From NCBI GenBank assembly GCA_012295275.1, contig CM022670.1, positions 13,516,001 to 13,580,000 on the forward strand: DNA of 64,000 bases, given 5' to 3'. Source of the stretch: Chrysomallon squamiferum. Taxonomy: Eukaryota; Animalia; Mollusca. The notes under the pieces were generated by a model. The model made no database searches and was not told where the DNA came from. It saw only the letters and a program-made list of their open reading frames with translations. Shown here piece after piece: positions 55,066 to 64,000 of the stretch. Position numbers and translations under genes: made by a program. How positions within the stretch are numbered: the stretch's first letter is position 1; each line of letters starts with the position of its first letter.

Positions 55066-56179
55066 ATGCCAAGCAATAAAGATTTTGATTTTCATCTGAC
55101 TGTTGGTGGTGTGGAGTTGCCAGAATATGAAAAAGATGGGGAATGTTTTGTAGAATCATGTCTGTTCACACCCTACAGTTACAACATGAAAGTCGAAGAA
55201 GAAGTCGGTGATGAGAAAGAAGTTCAGGTAGAAATTAAATCCAAAAATATTTTTTGGTTCTTTTATTTTATTCTCAGAACACCAATCAGTTTTATTTTAG
55301 ATGAACAACTGTATGTGCATGAATGTGTGCATACATAGTCTATCTGTTTATATATCTGAATCAGAAACCAAATGTATTTGGCATCATGCAGTTTGTTTTT
55401 CACTAATACAGCCAGGTTCATTAAAGCAATTAAAAATGACTAAACAAAATGCATTTTAATGTAGTTTTCTGGGTAACAGTTAACTATTCACTCCAAGATG
55501 TTTATTCCCTAACAAAAGTTTTATAGAGTTTTACAAAAATCCAGTTTTGGGCAGAATACTCAGTGTGTTAGAGTTATAATGCTTATGAGAGACATGTTTG
55601 AACAGTTCTTTTATCATTCACACAACTAAGATAATTTTATTTAAATATTTTAAATTTTTTTAATTTTAATATTTTGTTTGTTTCAGAGCTGGCCTGTAAC
55701 ACCTTATCAGTTAAAAATAACTGCCAGTGCATCTGGTCCTCAATATTACTACAGAGTGTATGTTGATGGTAACCATGTGAAAAGCTGCAGTATTCATCCA
55801 GGTGAAACCAGGTCAGTATTACTGTTATTAGATATGATGCTAACTGTTCATTTACTAGTAAAACAGTGACAGAATGATAATGAAATGATTTTTGCTGAAA
55901 TTACTCCTGAACGGGTTCCTCAATTTGACAGAACAAAAATGAAATTGTGAATAAAAGTATTTGTTTTATTATTTAATTTAAATGGAACTCTGTTTGCCGT
56001 TTTGTTAATACCCAGTCTACTGTGTGTTACTCTGGTCTGTCATTAAATGTTCCTTAATTCGTGTTGAACTATAGTATTATGTTAGAATTATTTTTAATAT
56101 TGTTTCTAATTATGGCAGACATAGTCTGGATCTCTTTTTCTCACTGAAGATCACCTGAATGTTCTTCTTATTTTCATTT

Positions 56180-56210
<31 letters not shown>

Positions 56211-58498
56211 CATTTTTTATCAGTCACTGAGTACTTACTGACCTTTAGTATTTGGAATCTAATAAGGTGTGTATGAATGGGTATGAACAAATGCATTTTT
56301 AAACATGTATGATGTTGTTAAAGATAAAATATAACAGTAATATAACTAACTGATGACAAAATCTGAAGAAGAGAGATGCCAAATTTTACATTTGTTTTTG
56401 TTGATACTAACTGAGAAATCAATAACTTTGTACTAAATGTTGTATAAAAGATAACAGCCTCAGTTAAGTAAAAACAGAAAACAGTTGTGAAATTGATTAG
56501 ACTTGCAGAAGCAATTAACTAGTTATGCAAAAGATAAATCATTCTTTAAAAACAAGAAAAAGAAAACTAATAAACTAGTTACATAATTTTGGGTAGATAA
56601 AGTACAAATACATTTTTTTTATCACAATATATAATATTTTATTACAGATGTCAATTGTTGTCTAAAACACAAACTTTTTTTGTTTATGATGAAATATTCT
56701 CTGTAGAACTTGTTCTTTGCTTTTTGAAAATTTGGACTGTTGCTCACTGTTTAGAATGCTTAGAATATGGTTTGCATTGTCAGTTCTCTTTTCATTTCTT
56801 ATTTACAATTCCCCTAAAGTCCCATGAATGTGTGATAAAAGGCAGTAATTATGTGCTTTTATCACTAAAAGAAAATGCATATTGTTATTGTTATTATTAC
56901 TAAAGACTCCTCTATGGAAACAGATACTTAAGCAACACCTTTTTTTTGTTATTAGACAAATACAAGTAGTTTGAAATACCTATTATTAATGAAATATATT
57001 GTGAAAAATTCATTAATTTTTTTATTATTTTTATTATTCTCTCAGAGTGGTAGGAGGTTTTCGTGATGGGAATCAACTCAAAGAATTTCTGTTTTCTCTT
57101 CCTCGATTTCCTAAAGATGAGGTATCATTTATTTATTTTTTTATTTTTTTATTTATTTTTTTTATTGTTTAAATGTTTGTGTTGGAAAATATATTAGGAA
57201 AATTAGTCATTAGTCTTACAAGCATTTCATTATTATGTTGAATTCCTAATTATAATATATGCAGTTTATTTCTTAATATGTGCTCATTATTTCTTACTTT
57301 AATATATGCTTATTTGTTCATTTATTTATTTATTATATGTGGACATTTATCACAATTGCATTATTTTTTTTTCTCACATATTTATTAAATTAGACAGTTT
57401 GTTTATGATACAAATTTTTTATTATTATTAACTTTATTCATTTGTTTATGACCAGCTATCAGAAATTTTTTAATCATTTTCTTTTTATTTCAGACTGACA
57501 GAATTGATCCTGAGATGCGATCTAAAGTTGGCACAGTGGAGATTCTCTGTTACAACGCTCAACTTAGAAACACAAAAATGACAACCAGAACTAGGAAGCT
57601 CCAGTATCTGCAAGCAACAAAGAAAGATGCAACTTACGTAACACATGGTAATCAAAACAATTTTCTGTTAAAACTGTTTTCCATAAAACTGTAACATGTT
57701 GTTTTGCCTCATACATTTTATTCATTGTTCTTGCTATATATGGGTATGAGTATTTCAGCATGTTTTTTTTATTTTTTTTTTTTTATTTGCTGGAGGGAGA
57801 AAATGACCAAGAATAAAAATATATTTAGCGCCCAAAGCCTCTTATCAGCTGAGCTCTTCTTTTTATTTGATAGAAATTTGTCCCTGATAGTGGTTACTTA
57901 GATTGTTTATTTGTGTACTGGGCTGTTCCACTTTTATACAAGTGCTTTGTTCATTCTTTTCATGCAGTTCTTAATTTTTTCAGAATCATTAAAACCTCTT
58001 GTTTGTTTGTTTTTTCTTTTCTTTTTATTATTGTTATTTATTTATCATTGTTAATTATTATAATATTATTTATCCATCTTTTTAATTTATTCATTGGTTA
58101 ACATATTAAGTTGATTTATATATATATATATAAATGTGTGTGTGTGTATCTATCATACAGGAAAGTACAGCATGATAACTACAAAAGCTGGCAGACCAAT
58201 CAGAGTAAAGTCATCACGGAAACGAACTGACTTCTGGTATGTTCAAGATCTGAGAACGAAGCTTTCAATAAAGTATGTTACAAAAGACACCTTAACAGAA
58301 ATGGGTTTTGATATCAAACCTGTACCTTTTCTGGATGAAACGGATCCAGCTGTGGGAAGTAGACAATCCTTAGTGAGTAGTAACAGTAGATCCAGTACGC
58401 AAACTAACAGTCAGATGAATTCCAAAAGTGAACTTTCAGCAGTAAAACTGGAGCCACTTCATATTGAATCGTCAAATGAAATTATTGTTGTTGATTAA
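55066..58498 (+). CDS. Uncharacterised 284-aa protein, 5 exons; beta-rich domain resembling a fungal/microbial DUF family
   Basis: Exons 55066-55227, 55687-55811, 57046-57121, 57494-57647, 58161-58498 (855 nt; phases 0,2,0,1; GT-AG; open frame). Sequence MPSNKDFDFHLTVGGVELPEYEKDGECFVES...YYRVYVDGNHV...VVGGFRDGNQLKEFLFSLP...SKVGTVEILCY...LSIKYVTKDTLTEMGF...AVKLEP...NEIIVVD*. Confidence 0.85.
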
Positions 58499-60641
58499 GC
58501 AGTCTTTCCATCTTCTTTTTTTTATAAACTATTATTATCATTATTATAATTATGGTGGAACCTGCAGAAAAATACTTTCATTTCATTGATTTTTCATCTC
58601 ATCCTATTTCCATGTAATGGAAGAAAGCTTCGAGATTGTTTGTTTAACAAAGTTTTATCTGATTGTGTTAATTAATACTTAAGAAAATTATGTTGAATAT
58701 GATTCTGAAACATTAAAATGAACCTTTATCAGAGAAGTTTAATATCTGTTACATATAATTGTCGCTGTACAATGAAACATTGTAATTGTGCTGTGCTGGG
58801 TAAGACATATGAATTGTAACAACTCTGAGATGTTTGAATAATATAATACAATGGACACTTTATCTCTGAGATGTATTATTGTAACAACTCTGAGATGTTT
58901 GAATAATATAATACAGTAATAAAACATTGCAGTTTGGCAAGAACATCACATTGGTACTTAAATACATACAGCAGGTGGTGGTTACTCCAACTGAATGATT
59001 GTTGTTCAAGACACTAACATTTTTTATTTTTGATGAAATATAAAAAGTCATGTGAAAAGTGTCTTCTCAGTTTTGAGAGATCTCGTTCTGGTTTGAGGAA
59101 TTAAGTTGTAGATTATTTTATTGTGCCTAAATTATCTGTTAATGAAAAATATAGATTTTTAAAAAACTATTTGATTAAAAATAAATAACAAAAATATCTT
59201 GAGTTCTATTTTGAATCCAAGCTTGGAATGCTTGTAATTCCTGTTCTTTAAAAGGTTTTCTTTCTATTAAATCGCTGTTTTATAATTTTGTATTTATAAT
59301 ATATATTTATATTTATCTTAATACACCTTTCTATGTGCTGAACAAATAATTAAGCTGTTAATGCTTTTAAAGCATTTAAGATTTTACATTCTGAAGTACT
59401 AAATTAACTTAAGAAATTATTCAACAAGTGATAAATACAGTTCATATTTTATGCATTTGGATTTTAAAAAATCAATAAAATTCATCAGTTAACTAAATCA
59501 GTTTAATAATTATAACTACATTAAAAAAAAGAACTTTCTGTCAATGTGTTGTATCTTTAAACTGTTCTCAGTGGTTTCTGAAATATTACTAATATATAAT
59601 GCCTAATAGTGATTGAAACTATTCATTTTGTCTGAAAGCCATATAATAGAGTTAGGTTATTTTCATATGTCAGGGACTAAAAATTTCATCAAACTGTTGG
59701 CACCACTGTTTCAATGGATACAATTATAACAGGTGAAAAAACTGATTATTAAAATACAATATGACTACCCTGTTCTTTATGCCTCTGGCAGCAACTTTAC
59801 CATTTCCATCGAGTTTCATTAAAAGCTTATTTGTTCAGTACAATTATTATGAACATGGCTCCTAATATAAGCAATTTTACAATTTCTGATGCCTAAGGTT
59901 TATGTTCCAAATTTTTTTTTTATTTCCTCTCTCTGATTAGCCTCATGATTACCTACATTTTACTGCTTTATTCTTTCTCCAGTTAATGAAATTAGAAATA
60001 TATTTATGGAGAATGTATAGATCATATACTTAAGAAGATTAGAACCACATTGCTTATGGTCTGTTTGAGCACTGACCGGTGTTGGTTTTTTTTTTTTTCA
60101 TCCTAAGAACATATTAAGACCATTTCAGAAATTAGAATGCTAGTGTAACTATCAAAGTGAATGAATGCTACATTGCTGAATATCACCTCAAGCCAAAAAC
60201 ATGAATAGTCCTTGACATAATCATGAAAATGTGTTTTGGCATCATAAAATATACACTCATTTTAAAACAACAACAACAAAAAAAAAAAAAAAATAAATTT
60301 AAAAAAAGCAAAAACAAAACAACAGCAAACAAAGAACTAATCTGGTCTTTTAAATTTAGATGTTTAATAAACTGATTCATTATTATTATTATTTTGTACG
60401 AAATTAAAAACGTAAGTCTGGTATAGATTGCCTGATTGCAAAACCATAATCATGGCGTTAGATTTAAACAAAATTACAAATTAGACTTTCTGTGCATTTG
60501 CAAGAAGTTAAATAACACATAGCAATATTCTCACTTGAACTGGCTTCAAGGAAACATGAAAAAAAAGAAAAAAGAAAGAAAACAAAAACACACACCTAAT
60601 TAATAAATAGCCGGTAATCTGGCAAAAATATCTGTAGTATA

Positions 60642-60801
60642 TTAGTCCAAAAGGGTTTCCGAATAATATAATGGAAAAACGTTGCAGGTTATTGTCATGT
60701 TAGTTTGCGCTCATTTGAAATTAGTGTATTTAAGGTAGGATATAATTTTTATTTGTGACATTTGTTTACTAGATTTTCATAATTATCCTAATTAACAATA
60801 T

Positions 60802-60849
<48 letters not shown>

Positions 60850-61032
60850 TGGGTGCTAGTCCAAAAGAACTGAGTTTCCGAATAATCAAATGACGTCATA
60901 GTAGACCCATTGTGTTATTGTCATGTTAATTTACTCTCATTCAGAATTAGTGCATTTAAAGTAGGATGTAATTATTATTTGTATCATTTCTTTACTTGAT
61001 TTTCTTAATTATCCTAATTAGCAGTATTACAA
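60642..61032. repeat. Diverged tandem duplication of ~165 bp separated by an (AAT)n tract
   Basis: tagtccaaaag...tttccgaataat...ttattgtcatgtta...aattagtg.attta..gtaggat...taattatcctaatta occurs at 60642-60805 and 60856-61032. Confidence 0.8.
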
Positions 61033-61210
61033 ATCTATATATCAATTACAATTAATAACGCCTTTCCTACTAGTAAATGTTTATGATACATAAACAAACA
61101 TAAAGATGTAATCTATAATTTAATATCATTTTCTATTTTCTGTTGATAAATTGCTATAAAATGTATTATATGAAATTCAGTGCAATTATTTTTTCCAGTA
61201 GATGCCATTA

Positions 61211-61272
<62 letters not shown>

Positions 61273-63181
61273 TAAAGAAATTTAACAAAAATAAACAAAT
61301 AAATAAAAATGTTTTGTTATTTATCTAAAAATATATATTTATTATTGTAACAGCTTTATTCTGGATTAAAGGTAATTGTTAATTTCTGCATTTTGATTAT
61401 ATATATATATAAATATTTGTGTGTGTGTGTGTGCATGTGTGTACATATATACATTATTTGGCATTTAACAGTTTCAAATTAAATTGATTAATTAAATTTT
61501 CTCTGTTTTTAGGATGTGTTTATTTCTATATCATCAGCATTTAGGTTATAACTGTAAACTATTCATGTGGATCAAATACATGCATATCTGCTGCATCTGT
61601 ATTAGTGTATATTGTTTAAAATGCATATATGTTGTATGTGTACTAATGTTTGAATGTTAATTGCTGTGGTATGGATGTGTACATGTACACACACACATTA
61701 AACAATACATATACTACAGATTATTAATATATATATATATATATATTGTTTAATATATCTGTAGTATGTGTACTGTTTAATGTGTAAATGGATCTGTATA
61801 TAGTGTTTGATATTTATATTGTTGGTATGTGCATTTATGTTTAATATTTTTCTTTTCCTTATTAATTCGTTTTCTATTTATTTTTTTATTTTTTATTATT
61901 ATTCTTTTTTTTTTTTTAAAATGACAACTTCTCATTATTTTTTAAAAACAAAATTTGAACTGTTTACTATATTAAATACAGTGACAATGACAGCACCACC
62001 TCAGAGTGGCTAATATAAACTCAGTTTTAAAATGTGTATCTTGAGGTGAAATATAACAAATGTCATTATTACTGAATTTGAAAATGTCTAATAAAACAAA
62101 ACACTAGTTTGATAGTAATGAAGTTTAATAATGAAGTTTAACTATTCTGAACTGTTAAGCTTGTTGTTATTTCTGAAAAACAACAAATGACACATCACTG
62201 TAACATATGCATATAAAATTAAAATATTCTTTTAAAAAAAAACCAGTCACCACAAATTACTGATAATCAAATTAATTAAATCTACATGCAAACAACTGAA
62301 ACTGCCTGTGTAAATAGGTTGCCTAAGTTTTGACCTTCAGACATCATTGACACACAGAATGTATCTGTGTATTTGTTCATACCACTGTTAAATGATATAG
62401 AGATTAAATGTAAATTCCCCTAAAATATTATTATTAAGAGCAAGTTTGTGGACACATATAGTATTAAAAGGTCTGTTATTTTTATTGTTATTTTGTTATT
62501 TTTTATTGTTATTTTGTTTTATTTTTTCCTCTCCAATATTAATTAAACACAGAATGAATTTATCCATAACACTATTCGGGCAAATTTATTTAACAGAGAG
62601 AAGAAAAAAAAGAAACAGGATTTAATATACAATTTTTTACATTTTAAAATTAACAAAAAAAGATTTAGAATATCAATGTCTTTAATTTAAGAGCAGCAAA
62701 AAGACAAAAAATATACCTACTGAATCATTTTGAAATTCAAATTTGTAAAAAAATATGTACAAATGTAAGTCATTTATTTCTTATGTAAAAATGTTTTAAT
62801 CTATTTTTTAAAATGACAATACTTATTTAAAAATGTCAACAGTGAAATTAACTTATAAATTATTTATACATTCTAAATGCATGAAAGGTAAATATTTCTA
62901 AGACATCTTTTTATTTTATTCTTGCAGGGGCAGGTTTGTCACTTCTGTAAACCACATGACACAAAAATGTACAGAATTGTGAATTTATTTTTTTGTTGTT
63001 GCAGACACCACAAGTCATACACTAACAACAGCTGTTAGTACAAGTTGTAAATTTCTTTCTGGAAAAACAGCTCTGTCTTACTGTCATACTGAAAGATTTT
63101 TTGTTTTTATTTTTGTTTTAAAAAAAAAAAAAAAAGTCTGTTGCCATGGTGACCGGATGAAATGAATTTTCTAAAGATGAT

Positions 63182-63760
63182 TTAATCCTTCGATTCGTTA
63201 TCATCAGGTTGAGAAGCATCAGGATCATCTTTGTCGCGCTTTTTCTTGCTCTTGCTGCGGTGTTTTGACTTGTGGTGATCCAGTTCATCTTCTTTCTTTC
63301 TGTAGGTAAAATAACAACACGTGTGTGAGAAGATTTCCAATGTGAGAGAAAACCAGCATGACTAAAAAAAAACCTATTAATACATTACGAGCCAAAAATC
63401 TTTCATTATCATCAACAAATTTACTATTTCCCTACTATTTACTATTAATCATGAGATAGACAAGATGGTCAACCACACGACTTTTTAATAACAGTGTCAA
63501 ACTTTGTCATTAGTTAAGGTTGGACATCAGTTCAGACAATTGTCTCAAGTATACATTTATAAAAAATAAAAAAAATAAAAACCTGACAAATTTACCTTCT
63601 AGTTCTATGTTTTGATGAGTCTCTGTCACCTGACCTTGACCTGTCTCTGCGATCCCTGTCACGCTCTCTGTCCCTGCCTCGTTCCCGATGAGATTCTCGG
63701 TCACGCTCTCGCTCTCGGTCACGGTCACGGTCACGATCCCTTCTGTAGGCATCTCTTTCT
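63182..63760 (-). CDS. Last two coding exons of an Arg/Asp/Glu/Ser-rich RNA-processing-type protein (possibly FIP1L1-like); the gene continues beyond the window
   Basis: Exons 63760-63596 and 63299-63182, joined in phase 2 via GT-AG: ERDAYRRDRDRDRDRERERDRESHRERGRDRERDRDRRDRSRSGDRDSSKHRTRRKKEDELDHHKSKHRSKSKKKRDKDDPDASQPDDNESKD*. Codon-varied RD/RE repeats argue against a simple microsatellite. The tail layout recalls FIP1L1, but low complexity prevents a firm call. Confidence 0.75.
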
Positions 63761-63831
63761 CTACATAATAAAACAAATATTAATATACATATATCAAAAT
63801 AAAAAAAATAAAAAATAAATAAGTAAATGTA

Positions 63832-63862
<31 letters not shown>

Positions 63863-64000
63863 AAACAAATTAAAAATAAATAACATAACAATTCTACAGG
63901 ACACTTAGACTTGAACACAAACCTTTATGAAGATAGTCCCACAACAAAAGAGGTATGTGTTGTCCTGGCATGGACTAGTTACACATTCAAAAAAAAATCA

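Overview
AT-rich, microsatellite-dense eukaryotic genomic DNA with GT-AG introns. It looks like an invertebrate, and the gene content and repeats are consistent with a mollusc/lophotrochozoan (inference). Most of the supplied ORF track is microsatellite noise. Five protein-coding genes can be built by hand from splice signals: (1) an intronless-CDS class A GPCR (- strand, 9080-10171) with degenerate activation motifs; (2) a 4-exon secreted stanniocalcin-like Cys-rich protein (+, 37617-39703, 214 aa); (3) a 16-exon gene (-, 53452-44692, 663 aa) encoding three tandem SPRYD3-type SPRY domains, a (GGGEGTVTS)7 linker and a C-terminal RING-HC finger; (4) a head-to-head 5-exon gene of unknown function (+, 55066-58498, 284 aa) with a SUMO site and a terminal SIM-like motif; (5) the last two exons of an Arg/Asp/Glu-rich (possibly FIP1L1-like) gene (-, 63760-63182). 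The gene-poor interval from 10.5 to 37.5 kb holds a 36-bp minisatellite whose units each carry AG|GTAAGT on the GPCR strand, an intact 393-bp MITE, decayed MITE/SINE pieces and a dispersed ~190-bp repeat. The best candidate for an undescribed system is the triplicated, phase-compatible SPRY-RING E3 ligase and its divergently transcribed partner gene. All gene models and family assignments come from manual reading, not database searches.
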